From contig JBCNVN010000019.1 of NCBI GenBank assembly GCA_039630055.1, forward strand, positions 1 through 28,245: DNA of 28,245 nt, given 5' to 3'. The position numbers and the translations under genes were made by a program. Below the pieces are notes generated by a model, which saw nothing but the letters and a program-made list of their open reading frames with translations, searched no databases and was not told the DNA's origin. Source of the stretch: Candidatus Caldarchaeales archaeon. Its GTDB lineage: Archaea; Thermoproteota; Nitrososphaeria_A; Caldarchaeales; Wolframiiraptoraceae. This document shows, one piece after another, positions 9,104 to 19,198 of this stretch (position 1 is its first letter; each line of letters starts with the position of its first letter).

Positions 9104-10265
9104 GCCCACCTTTTGCACAAGATAGTTCATCAAATCTTTCAACAGAGTCTCTTCTAACACTTGGACCTAGTATGGCGATCGGTACCGGGTCTCCCCGATG
9201 ATCTCCAACTTCAGATGGGGTCGTATGATCTGCTGTTAAGACCATGTAATACTCTTTTTCTTCAATTATGTTTACTAGAGCTGTGAGTTCACGGGAGATC
9301 CATTCGATGACTTCTTTCTTCTTCTCTGGATTCTTATCATGGCTTGCAGTATCGGTTGCTTTAATATGTAGGAAGACTAAATCGAACTCTTTCAAAGCAT
9401 TAATCGTATACTCTACTTTTCCTTTTAGGTTAGTGTTTATTGTACCGGTTGCTCCAGGTACATCTATAACTTTGAAACCTAATGCTTTTGCAACTCCCTT
9501 ATACAGTGCTCCTCCAGCTATGGCCGCTGCTTTGACATCCCATAGTTCTCCAATAGATTTTACTCTCGGCATGGTTCCAGCTCCTCTAGGTAGTATGATG
9601 TTCGCCGAGTTCAGCCCACTAGCGATCCTTTTCTTATTAAGCTCATGTTCCGATAAAATCCTCCTAGCTTCTTTTATGAACTCTCCCAAGATCTTTGCCG
9701 TACGTTTTGCTTCCTCAGATCCATCTAGTGGGACTGGTCTAGCAACCTTTACCCCAGCTTTATGTAGATCTACGTCTGAAACCATTCTCGATAGATTTTC
9801 ACCTCTAAGAACTAGGACGCCTCTATGCTCAGTAGTAGAGACAAATATACTTTCAACATCTTCAATTCTAATATCTCTCAATGCTTCTGCAAGTATCCTA
9901 GCCTCCTCAGTGGAGATTCTTCCAGCCCTTCTATCCACGATAACATCATCTTCATTTACAGTTGCAAAATTACATCTGAAAGCGACATCTCCAGGCCTCA
10001 GTTCTATACCTGCACCTAATGCTTCATAAGCTCCTCTACCTGAATAGTATTTTTCAGGATCATATCCAAAGATAGCTAGGTGGGCTGTATCGCTCCCAGG
10101 CGGCTGACCTGGAGAGATTACATCCATTATACCACATTCGCCTAGATAGGCGATCTTACTGAAGGTTGGTGTATCTGCTGCTTGGAGAGGTGTTAGACCT
10201 TTAAGAGTCTTTGTAGGCCTATCACCCATTCCATCGCATACTACTATCACGGCTTTCATACTCAT
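9027..10265 (-). CDS. apgM: 2,3-bisphosphoglycerate-independent phosphoglycerate mutase (archaeal type); start probably 10265 or 10259 rather than 10319
   Basis: CDGMGDRP, TPLQAA, PGSDTAHL, GRGAYEALG, DRRAGRI, HIKATDTASHD, TADHTTP. Confidence 0.93.
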   Translation of the reverse strand: MSMKAVIVVCDGMGDRPTKTLKGLTPLQAADTPTFSKIAYLGECGIMDVISPGQPPGSDTAHLAIFGYDPEKYYSGRGAYEALGAGIELRPGDVAFRCNFATVNEDDVIVDRRAGRISTEEARILAEALRDIRIEDVESIFVSTTEHRGVLVLRGENLSRMVSDVDLHKAGVKVARPVPLDGSEEAKRTAKILGEFIKEARRILSEHELNKKRIASGLNSANIILPRGAGTMPRVKSIGELWDVKAAAIAGGALYKGVAKALGFKVIDVPGATGTINTNLKGKVEYTINALKEFDLVFLHIKATDTASHDKNPEKKKEVIEWISRELTALVNIIEEKEYYMVLTADHTTPSEVGDHRGDPVPIAILGPSVRRDSVERFDELSCAKGGLNRIRGIDLMKILMNYLDKVPLFGE

Positions 10266-10384
10266 CGAAAATCCACTTGCTAAGATTCTCTTAAACATTC
10301 TCTTAAATGGATTGCTCATCTACATGCTGGTGAGGAGTTCTAGGTAATTCTTTAATTGAGGCAAGGTTCATTGGACGCATAGGT

Positions 10385-11716
10385 TTGAGAGAACTTATAG
10401 CTAAGAATCTACTCAAGACTTATCTTATCGCTGAGGTAGCCTTCTACAGCATATACCTAGTTATGACTAGAAATATCCTGGTGCTCTATCTAGTCTCAGT
10501 CGGATTGGATGTGTACAATATATCTATCATAGTTTTCTTGTCAACTTTCATCTCAACAATAATCTCTATAGTATTTTACAAGTATCCATTCTTCCTTCTC
10601 TCACGAATTAATGAAAAGTTTATTATAACCCATGGATTAGAGAAGATCCTCTTCATCCCTATAGGTTTCACATCGGATATCTTGACAATTACACTGTTCT
10701 ACGGAGCTGTAAACATAACATCAATATTCTCAACCATTTACATAAATTTAGCATTATATGGTTTATTCGATGAAGTAAATATAAAAGATTCTATAGCGAA
10801 GAGAACCGTGGCAGCAAATATTGCCAACATCTTAGGATACCTCTTTACCATGTTCCTAGTATATTCCCTACCATCCAACATAAAGTTTCAAACCTTATTT
10901 ACACTTGGAGGATTGATCGGCATCCTTTCAACAGTATCTATACTTCCAATTAGTCTGGAAGGGTTAGAGAAGGTAAAGATGTTTAAAAAGGTTAGCGAGC
11001 CTGAACGATTATTTACTACCTCATCCTTCTTCATCACTCTTCTGACCTCTTCAAACTTGTTAGGGCTTGTCTGGACACCCTTCCTCGTAAGAGCATTAAA
11101 CTCATCTGATATCATTGTTGTAGCGGTAAATTTTGCAGGAAGTATAGCGGGCATCTTTTCATCGGTCTTCTGGGCTAAGGCTTCCCTAAAGAAGCTAAGA
11201 ATATCTCTAGGACTAGCTTCTCTTACTCCAATACTATGCATTGTGACACCCTATCCACTTCTACACATTCCCATCTCTGCTTATGGAGGATTTACGTTTA
11301 CTGGAGCTAACTTTCTAGGAAGCTTCCTATTTGCAAGGTATAAGAGCTGGCTGGGAGTTTTAAGAGTAAGTATTCTGATGAGTATAATTATAAATCTTTC
11401 CCAGCTTCTGGCCACACCTTTTGGATTATTATTTCGAGAAGCCTACACAATATTATTTACAGCCTCCGCGATTGTTAGATTAATATCTGTCTTAGTAGCC
11501 TATCTAACTATCGTTGAGGTTGCATTGGTCTCTGAAGAAGATGCTAGAACATATTCTCAGATCCTTTATAGGAATAGTGTTTTCGGATACGTTATGGTGT
11601 CTGACATAGTTAGAGAGTCGGTAATTCTAACCATGAAGCTACTAGCAATACTTATATCGATCTTACTACTCTACATCGTCTACAGATTTCTCTTCTTCCT
11701 TCTAAGTATATCATAA
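10385..11716 (+). CDS. MFS-like multi-pass membrane transporter
   Basis: 443 aa with about 12-13 hydrophobic segments in two halves joined by a hydrophilic loop. Substrate not identifiable. Confidence 0.65.
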   Translation: MRELIAKNLLKTYLIAEVAFYSIYLVMTRNILVLYLVSVGLDVYNISIIVFLSTFISTIISIVFYKYPFFLLSRINEKFIITHGLEKILFIPIGFTSDILTITLFYGAVNITSIFSTIYINLALYGLFDEVNIKDSIAKRTVAANIANILGYLFTMFLVYSLPSNIKFQTLFTLGGLIGILSTVSILPISLEGLEKVKMFKKVSEPERLFTTSSFFITLLTSSNLLGLVWTPFLVRALNSSDIIVVAVNFAGSIAGIFSSVFWAKASLKKLRISLGLASLTPILCIVTPYPLLHIPISAYGGFTFTGANFLGSFLFARYKSWLGVLRVSILMSIIINLSQLLATPFGLLFREAYTILFTASAIVRLISVLVAYLTIVEVALVSEEDARTYSQILYRNSVFGYVMVSDIVRESVILTMKLLAILISILLLYIVYRFLFFLLSIS

Positions 11717-11740
11717 ATAGCTGGATACATACTAGATCAT

Positions 11741-12379
11741 GTGATGTACATGGCTAGGTCTCAGATTCAGATTGTTGAAGAATTCATAAAGGTTATCTCA
11801 ATGGAGATTACAAATCTCATGCCTAAGATAATAACTGCACTCTTGATTATATTTGTTTCCTATATCTCTTTAAGATTTCTCGGATATTTAATGAAGAGAA
11901 TTCTAGGATTTGCAGACATAGATAAATTTGTTAGAAGATATTGGGGTGGAGAGCTACCGCTATCGTTTAATAAAATGGTGATAGTACTCGTCTATATTGC
12001 AGTCATCCTCGCAGCTATATACGGAGTAGTAAGCACATTTATAACAAGAGAATATATGGAGATGGTATCATCGATGATACTCTACGGGACGAGGATGATA
12101 AGCATAATAGTCATATCATTGATACTTTTCACTGTATTCACTCTAGTCATAGATAAGATTATGGGCGAGAGCAGATTGAAAGGATACCTTCTATTCATCA
12201 TAACACTTCTACTAACCTCTATGATGATAGACGTAACAACACTGAGCGAGTCTGTTAAAGAATCTCTCTATAATGGTCTATCTATCGGGATAGGTGCATC
12301 ATTGGCAGTATTCGCAATCTGGTTCTTCTTCCACGAATATCTTGAAAGACGTCTTACACAAGAGAAGAAAAAGAGGTGA
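11741..12379 (+). CDS. Membrane protein with a conserved TM-helix (MscS/CmpX-type) N-terminus
   Basis: LMPKIITALLI...ILGFADIDK pattern; about 5 TM segments and a basic tail. Confidence 0.5.
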   Translation: MMYMARSQIQIVEEFIKVISMEITNLMPKIITALLIIFVSYISLRFLGYLMKRILGFADIDKFVRRYWGGELPLSFNKMVIVLVYIAVILAAIYGVVSTFITREYMEMVSSMILYGTRMISIIVISLILFTVFTLVIDKIMGESRLKGYLLFIITLLLTSMMIDVTTLSESVKESLYNGLSIGIGASLAVFAIWFFFHEYLERRLTQEKKKR

Positions 12380-12452
12380 TCCATTTTCATCTATCCCCCA
12401 CCCTTCCACTTAAATATCGCTTCTAGAGATGTTATATTAGGAGCAGGGAAGG

Positions 12453-13463
12453 ATGTCTCCTAGAGAGAGGAAGGCTGAGCCGGAAGAGTCAGAGAAGGAG
12501 GAGAAGAGAATCTACTTGAAGATAGAAGATTTACCATCTGTGGGAAACGCGACAGCCGCTAAACTCAAAGAGATAGGATTCTCAACTATAGAATCTCTAG
12601 CTACAGCAACTATCGCAGAGCTCTCTGCAGCTGGAATAGGAGAGAAGAGGGCTGCCGAAATAATTACGGCGGCGAGGAAGGCGATAGAGACTAGTTGGGT
12701 TACGGCTAAGGACTTGGCGGAGCTGAAGAAGAGTGTTGGACGGATAACGACAGGTAGCAAGACCCTTGACAGACTGATAGGTGGAGGGGTTGAGACACAG
12801 ACGATCACAGAGTTCTTTGGAGAATTTGGTAGCGGTAAGAGCCAGATGTGCCATCAGCTTGCGGTGAACGTTCAGCTGCCACCTGAACGGGGAGGGCTCG
12901 ATGGAGGTGCACTCTACATAGACTCTGAAAATACTTTTAGAATTGAGAGGATAACGCAGATGGCCAAGTTTCTAGGGCTTGACCCAGACCGAGTTGTAGA
13001 GAAAATAATCTATGCTGAGGCTTATAATAGTGATCACCAGATGCTCTTATTAGAGAAGGCTGATAAGGTGATAAAAGAGAATAATATTAAATTGATTATA
13101 ATCGATTCTCTTACTGCACACTTTAGAAGTGAGTATGCCGGTAGGCAGAGCCTCCCAGAACGTCAACAGAAGTTGAATAAGCATATGCATAAACTTCTAA
13201 GATTGGCTAGAGCTTTCAATGCTGCAGCGGTAGTCACAAACCAGGTAATGGCTAGACCCGATGAATACTTTAGTGCAATGTCTGTCCTACCTGTCGGTGG
13301 ACATATAGTGGGACACACTAGCCATACTAGAATATATCTTAGAAAGGCTGTCGGAAAGAATACTAGAATAGCCAGACTTATATCAAGCCCATACCTACCT
13401 GAGGGTGAAGCAATATTTAAGATAACTGAGAATGGTGTAGAAGACTTAGAGGAAGAGACATGA
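12453..13463 (+). CDS. radA: DNA repair and recombination protein RadA
   Basis: N-terminal HhH, Walker [32 protein letters not shown]. No intein. Confidence 0.98.
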   Translation: MSPRERKAEPEESEKEEKRIYLKIEDLPSVGNATAAKLKEIGFSTIESLATATIAELSAAGIGEKRAAEIITAARKAIETSWVTAKDLAELKKSVGRITTGSKTLDRLIGGGVETQTITEFFGEFGSGKSQMCHQLAVNVQLPPERGGLDGGALYIDSENTFRIERITQMAKFLGLDPDRVVEKIIYAEAYNSDHQMLLLEKADKVIKENNIKLIIIDSLTAHFRSEYAGRQSLPERQQKLNKHMHKLLRLARAFNAAAVVTNQVMARPDEYFSAMSVLPVGGHIVGHTSHTRIYLRKAVGKNTRIARLISSPYLPEGEAIFKITENGVEDLEEET

Positions 13464-13864
13464 GTGAGAGACCGCTCAAGACGGTAAAGAAATTTTACAG
13501 TCTTCTTTTCAGTGGGAAGATAAGTGAGGCGGAGAGAAAGCTAGAGAACATAAAGAAGAAGATTGGAGAAGATGATTATTATAAAGCTCTCTACGGTATA
13601 TATTACTCTTATGTTAATGATGATAGAGACTCGTACATCTTTAAGCTTTGGGAAAGATATCTCAATGGTCTAGATAAGAAGATGCTTATCGATGAGATAA
13701 AGAAATTTGTAGGAGATTTATATGATCCTCCCAAGACCTTTCTCCAAGCCTGGCTAGATCTCATCTCAATGATAGACCAGCTACCAACTCCACACAAAAT
13801 AGAGAGGAGAGATAAGGTCGAGGAACAAGAGTCAAGTGAAGAAGTAGATGAGATAGTACAGTAG
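13460..13864 (+). CDS. Hypothetical helical protein translationally coupled to radA
   Basis: ATGA overlap with the radA stop; 134 aa, charged, with an acidic tail. Confidence 0.7.
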   Translation: MSERPLKTVKKFYSLLFSGKISEAERKLENIKKKIGEDDYYKALYGIYYSYVNDDRDSYIFKLWERYLNGLDKKMLIDEIKKFVGDLYDPPKTFLQAWLDLISMIDQLPTPHKIERRDKVEEQESSEEVDEIVQ

Positions 13865-14016
13865 ATTAACACTTGGATAGAGAAGATAACTTGAGAGTAT
13901 CGACTTTAATCTGCACGTGACTATCTTAAACCTTAAAAAGTCTAGAACGTACATGCATTTCTAAACACGGGTTTTTTAGAAATAGATTAATTTGACTATT
14001 TTTAGAGATTTTATAG

Positions 14017-15459
14017 ATGTTTGAGGACTTACTCAGATTCGGGGTAGATTATGCTCTAAGCCTAGGTGCAAATTATGCTGAAGCTAGATACCAGAAAGAT
14101 CTACTAGAGTCTATCGTGATGAAGAATGGTGTCCCAGAGGTCTCAGCTTCCACGACTAGTAAAGGAATAGCGATCAGAGTTCTAGTAGGAAATTCTCTAG
14201 GATTCAGCTCAACCAGTATCTTGAAGAAAGAGTCTATCAGAAAGATCGTTAAAGATTCTATCTCTCTGGCTAGGGCTGCATCGAAGATTATTATCCAAGG
14301 TGTCTCGATGGGAGAGGCCAAAGTCTGTAGAGATACTGTGGAGGTCAAGCCTAGAGTTAGATGGGATTCGGTAGATATAGAAGATAAGATAGAATACTTA
14401 AAGGATGTAGATAGAAGCATCATTGATTCTTCTGAGAAGTATGGTGTCAAGGTTGCATCTAGACTACTATCGCTAGAGAGATGGGATTTAGAGAAACATG
14501 TAGTAAACAGTGATGGAGCTGACGTTATACAAATCATTCCTAGAACTATGGTCAATTATCTCTTAACACTCTATCATCCTCAATATGGTGTACTCCAAAG
14601 GCATCAGGAACTTGGAGAGTCAAGAGGTTGGGAGGCGGTTGAGAGATGGGATCTAATAGAATTGCTCAGAGAAGAGACAACATGTCTCTGCAACGTGCTT
14701 ACTAAGGGTGTCGAGCCGCCGAGTGAAGAGATAGATGTCGTGGTCGGATCAGAGGTTGTAGGATTGATATGTCATGAGTCTGCGGGTCATCCAGGAGAAG
14801 CCGATAGGGTCTTAGGTAGAGAGGCTGCCCAAGCAGGAGAGACCTATATAAAACCTGAGATGATAGGTATGAAGATAGGTTCAGAGCATGTTACCGTCGT
14901 AGATGATCCGAGAATCTCCGGCTCCTTCGGATATTATCTCTATGATGAAGAAGGTGTAGAAGCTAGAGAGAGGATCCTGATAGACGGGGGCCACATAAGA
15001 GAGCTGCTCCATAATAGAGCGACAGCAAAGATATTCAATGTTGAGAGTAATGGGTCTTCTAGAGCAAGTCAATATGATCGTGAGCCGATCGTTAGGATGG
15101 CTAACACCTATATGAAGCCAGGAGACTACAGCTTCCAAGAACTCCTAGAAGATATAAAACTAGGAGTATACATCAAGACAAATCAAGAATGGAATATCGA
15201 TGATAAGAGATGGAATCAGAGATATGTTGGAGTAGAAGCATACAAGATAGTTGATGGAGAGGTCTGTGAACCTGTTAAATATCCTGTCCTAGAGATCACT
15301 ACTAGAGAATTCTATTCATCTATAGATGCGGTCGGAGAGAAGATCTCCTTTAGAGCTGGATACTGTGGGAAGGGAGAACCGATGCAGGCTATACCGGTCT
15401 GGTTTGGAGGGCCAGATGTAAGGCTTAGAAAGATAAAACTGGGAAAAAGATCCATGTAA
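14017..15459 (+). CDS. tldD: TldD/PmbA-family metalloprotease, catalytic TldD subunit
   Basis: HESAGHPGEAD metal motif, YDEEG, RMANTY and C-terminal CGKGEPMQ. Confidence 0.9.
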   Translation: MFEDLLRFGVDYALSLGANYAEARYQKDLLESIVMKNGVPEVSASTTSKGIAIRVLVGNSLGFSSTSILKKESIRKIVKDSISLARAASKIIIQGVSMGEAKVCRDTVEVKPRVRWDSVDIEDKIEYLKDVDRSIIDSSEKYGVKVASRLLSLERWDLEKHVVNSDGADVIQIIPRTMVNYLLTLYHPQYGVLQRHQELGESRGWEAVERWDLIELLREETTCLCNVLTKGVEPPSEEIDVVVGSEVVGLICHESAGHPGEADRVLGREAAQAGETYIKPEMIGMKIGSEHVTVVDDPRISGSFGYYLYDEEGVEARERILIDGGHIRELLHNRATAKIFNVESNGSSRASQYDREPIVRMANTYMKPGDYSFQELLEDIKLGVYIKTNQEWNIDDKRWNQRYVGVEAYKIVDGEVCEPVKYPVLEITTREFYSSIDAVGEKISFRAGYCGKGEPMQAIPVWFGGPDVRLRKIKLGKRSM

Positions 15460-15565
15460 AATAGTCCATACCCAGGCCTCTCTAAACAGATGGGATAAAC
15501 ATGAAAACATTTCCAATCTTTATATTCTATAAATCTTTAGATACAGGATTGTTCATCTTAACCAT

Positions 15566-16258
15566 ATGAAGAGTTCTCGATATCTACTGGTTATAGTCTT
15601 CCTAATCATCTCTTTAAGTCTAGCCATAACTAATTCTGATAACCCATCTTTCGAGATTGACGTTACTGCTACAGTCTATAAGGTTATAGATGGAGATACC
15701 TTTGACGCTTTTCCTGTTGGAAGGGTTAGAATGGCAGATATAAATGCTCCAGAGCTAGATGAGACAGGCGGTATAGAGGCTAAGAATACTCTAGCTGACC
15801 TTATACTAGGAAGAAGAGTCTACTTAGATGTTGATGATAGAGAAGTTGTTGATAGGTATAATCGGCTCATCTGCGTAGTATATGTAAGACATGACCCACA
15901 AAGACTTCTCAACGTTAACAAGTGGCTAGTTGAAGAAAATCTTGTAGAAATCGTTGATCATGATAATGAGTTCGACCCTTCTGCTTGGAACCTATATGAA
16001 GAATATGGAGAACACCTAGAATTATCAGCTAAGACAATTACAGTTACTAAGACAGTATCGATCTTTTCTTCTGAGACTTTAGTTAAAGAAGTAACGATCC
16101 TCTCCACGACCACTGTGAGCCATACATACACGATACTCAAAACACTCACTACTACAATAGCTAGACCAGAACTGGAGTCCATAAATATGATGATTATAGG
16201 AGTTCTAGTAGTGCTAATAGCGTTCATGGTGGTACTTCTACTAAGGAGAAAGAGATAG
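15566..16258 (+). CDS. Secreted, C-terminally membrane-anchored thermonuclease (SNase family)
   Basis: Signal peptide, VIDGDTF, VRMADINAPE, DRYNRLI, Thr-rich stalk, then a TM helix and RRKR. Confidence 0.85.
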   Translation: MKSSRYLLVIVFLIISLSLAITNSDNPSFEIDVTATVYKVIDGDTFDAFPVGRVRMADINAPELDETGGIEAKNTLADLILGRRVYLDVDDREVVDRYNRLICVVYVRHDPQRLLNVNKWLVEENLVEIVDHDNEFDPSAWNLYEEYGEHLELSAKTITVTKTVSIFSSETLVKEVTILSTTTVSHTYTILKTLTTTIARPELESINMMIIGVLVVLIAFMVVLLLRRKR

Positions 16259-16336
16259 TATATGATCGAGAGAGTATATTCTAATATTATTCATGTGGCT
16301 TCGGATACCAATACAGTTATACAGAGAAAATGGTAT

Positions 16337-17581
16337 TCAATCGATTCTGGCCACTCTAGAGATGTATGAGAAGGGATGATCAGCCTCAACTAGAGCATGA
16401 TTTCTCAACTGGATTCTACATGTCTCACTTTGTGAGGCCACTGGAAGTTTTAGATTCATTAGTTTATCAAATAGACTTCGACCAACATCTATGGATTCAT
16501 CATAGTGTTTCCTATACATCCCCCAGATCCCTCCAATCCCACAACAATCGTCTACCTCTACCAACTTGTATCCAGCTATATTCAGCAATCTCTTGATAGT
16601 CTTGGTTAAACCAGAGGCTTTCGTAAAGCAGCTATGATGATAGACTATCTTGATCTCATCATCTGGTTTATTAAATCTAATTCTTCCATTCTCATACTCT
16701 TCCAATATGAGCTCGGTTACATCAATGGTACTATCTGAGACCATCTTAGATTTGCTATCCCCTAAGATCTCTGGATAATCTTTCTTTAATGCTAGGTAGG
16801 CTGCGGGGGAGCTTGTTATAACTGTGGCCCCATTCATGATGGATCTGTAAAGAGATTCAACATTTACTCTAGCTATCTTGATAGCTTTATCGATTTGTCC
16901 AGCCTCTAGATAGAGTGTCCCAGCCTCTCTTTGAGGGGGAGCATCTACACTATATCCAAGCTTCCTAAAAAGTCTGACCACCTCTATACCCAGATCTACT
17001 TCATGATAGTTTGTAAAGATATCTATAAAGTATGCTAGCTTCTTTCGACTATGATTCGACTCCTTATTTTTCCTAATCCAACTTTCAAGACTAAAATCAT
17101 TAAACCTTGGAAAGTCAATCCTTCTATCAAATCCGATTATTAGCTCTAGTGCAAGCTTACCGATTTTAGATCTGAGAATCTTGTTAGATATTCTAGGAGA
17201 GAGGGAGCAGAGCTTTTCAAACCATCCATAATTTCCATAGAATAACTTATCTGAAAGCTTAGACTTTCTTCCCAAGTATTTAACCCTCCAAAGAATGTAT
17301 GGTATTCTAACACCGGGTGGACATATGTCTAGACATCTTCTACATCCAAAACAATAGTCTAGAAGTTCTTGGAGATAGCTATCTTTGAGAGGCTTCTTGA
17401 GTAGACCTGAAAAATATGCTTGAAGTAGTACTATTCTTCCTCTCGAGGTTTTCGAAGACATGTAGGAGAACGATGAATTAGAAGTAGGGCATACACTATT
17501 GCAGAATCCACATCTAATACATCTCCAGACATCTTCCAGATACTCTCCCAGAAATGATTCAGCATATCTATACTCATCCAT
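16337..17581 (-). CDS. Fe-S oxidoreductase subunit (GlcF/GlpC-like; 2x[4Fe-4S] plus CCG domains)
   Basis: CIRCGFCNSVCP, CFGCRRCLDICP, HHSC, DCCGIGG. Confidence 0.85.
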   Translation of the reverse strand: MDEYRYAESFLGEYLEDVWRCIRCGFCNSVCPTSNSSFSYMSSKTSRGRIVLLQAYFSGLLKKPLKDSYLQELLDYCFGCRRCLDICPPGVRIPYILWRVKYLGRKSKLSDKLFYGNYGWFEKLCSLSPRISNKILRSKIGKLALELIIGFDRRIDFPRFNDFSLESWIRKNKESNHSRKKLAYFIDIFTNYHEVDLGIEVVRLFRKLGYSVDAPPQREAGTLYLEAGQIDKAIKIARVNVESLYRSIMNGATVITSSPAAYLALKKDYPEILGDSKSKMVSDSTIDVTELILEEYENGRIRFNKPDDEIKIVYHHSCFTKASGLTKTIKRLLNIAGYKLVEVDDCCGIGGIWGMYRKHYDESIDVGRSLFDKLMNLKLPVASQSETCRIQLRNHALVEADHPFSYISRVARID

Positions 17582-17592
17582 ATCATAACACT

Positions 17593-18996
17593 CTAATGAA
17601 CAACTTCTTCAAGGTCGAAGATTATCCCAGGCGACATTATACACTTAGGATCTAGAAGACGCTTTATCCCGAGCATTATCTGATAAGCTTCTCCATGCTG
17701 TAGCTTCATGAACTTCTTCTTCTCTACACCTATACCATGTTCTCCAGATATTGATCCACCAACCTCAACAACCCATCTTGCCAGCATATCATTTGCTTCA
17801 TGGAGTAGACCGACTTTCTCTCTATCATCTCTAGAAGTCCAGTGGACGTGAAGGTTTCCATCTCCAAGATGCCCTATTACATGTACTTCGATACCATACT
17901 TTCTACCAATTTCATATGATTTTAAAACTGCTTCTAAAAGTTTAGATATAGGTACCACAACATCGCTAATAATCATGTATCTACCAAGTCTCAGAGTTGC
18001 TGGATAGGCTCCTTTACGTGCAGACCAAAGCCCTTCTCTTTCTTCAACATCTCTTGCAACCCTAACTTCTACCGCATTATTTTCATACATTAATCTTGTA
18101 CATCTTTTTATCGTCTCGGAGACCGTCGCCTCTGTACCGTGAGCCTCAATCAGCAGCATCGCTTTAGACTCAGGAAGTTGGAGTTTCTTAAACTCTGAAA
18201 CAGCTTCAATCATCTTCTCATCCATAAACTCTATCGCTGCAACATCTATTCCCTCTCTAACTATTTTATAGACGGTCTTTATAGCAGTCTCAACAGATGG
18301 AAAGAAGGCGGCAGCGGTCATAATATATTCTGGTATCCGTTTTAACCTAAGAGTTATCTCTGTAAAGACCCCTAAGGTACCTTGTGAACCTATCATCATC
18401 TTAAGGAGGTCTAAACCTGTTGAATACTTAAAAGTCCTACTGCCGAGTTTAACTATCCTTCCATCTGGTAGAACCACTTCCATCTCTAGAACATAATCTC
18501 TAGTCGTCCCATATCTAACTGCCTTCAGTCCAGAGGCGTTGGAGGCAACCATCCCCCCAATAGTGCAGACCGATCCACTAGATGGATCTGGTGGAAAGAA
18601 GAGACCATATCTCTCCAACTCCTTGTTGAGCTTATCGTATACTACTCCAGGCTGGACAATGACCTCCATATCCTCTTCAAGGACTGAGACTATCTTATTC
18701 ATCTTGACTAGGTTAATCAGTACTCCACCATATATTGGAACGGTTCCAGTTAGACCTGTCCCACCACTCCTAAGATAGACCGGTATAATCCTCTCATTAG
18801 AATATTTTAAGATACTTGATATCTGCTCAGAGGTCTCAGGCCATAATACTATCTCTGGCTTATGGAAAGTGCCAGGATATGCATCGACAGAGTTAGCTAC
18901 TAATTCTTCTTCTCGAGTCGATACATTTTTTGACCCTAGAAGTTTTTCATAAAACTCAACATCTCTCCCCGTTACTCTGTTGAAGTATCCTAACAT
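17593..18996 (-). CDS. glcD: FAD-linked D-2-hydroxyacid (glycolate/D-lactate) dehydrogenase, GlcD-like
   Basis: GGTGLTG, PPDPSS, TIGGMVASNASG, GSQGTLG, HLGDGNLH, ISGEHGIG. Confidence 0.85.
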   Translation of the reverse strand: MLGYFNRVTGRDVEFYEKLLGSKNVSTREEELVANSVDAYPGTFHKPEIVLWPETSEQISSILKYSNERIIPVYLRSGGTGLTGTVPIYGGVLINLVKMNKIVSVLEEDMEVIVQPGVVYDKLNKELERYGLFFPPDPSSGSVCTIGGMVASNASGLKAVRYGTTRDYVLEMEVVLPDGRIVKLGSRTFKYSTGLDLLKMMIGSQGTLGVFTEITLRLKRIPEYIMTAAAFFPSVETAIKTVYKIVREGIDVAAIEFMDEKMIEAVSEFKKLQLPESKAMLLIEAHGTEATVSETIKRCTRLMYENNAVEVRVARDVEEREGLWSARKGAYPATLRLGRYMIISDVVVPISKLLEAVLKSYEIGRKYGIEVHVIGHLGDGNLHVHWTSRDDREKVGLLHEANDMLARWVVEVGGSISGEHGIGVEKKKFMKLQHGEAYQIMLGIKRLLDPKCIMSPGIIFDLEEVVH

Positions 18997-19198
18997 CTAC
19001 CTCTACCGTTTTAATAGATAAGGCATGATTTATTTCTATTCATCTATCACGGAAATAATCTGACCGTAAGTTTTCTGAATTTATAAAAATGAATGATCTT
19101 AGAATTCTATCATACTATCCCAAAACCTTTCTTACCTCGTTTAGATATAGTTTAGGTCTTCAATCTTTAAATCGAGGAAAGAGAATCTTATTTTAGAT

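Noticed and set aside
9268-10029. 253-aa plus-strand ORF
   Set aside because: Fully antisense to apgM, Ser/Phe-rich and without motifs; a shadow ORF.
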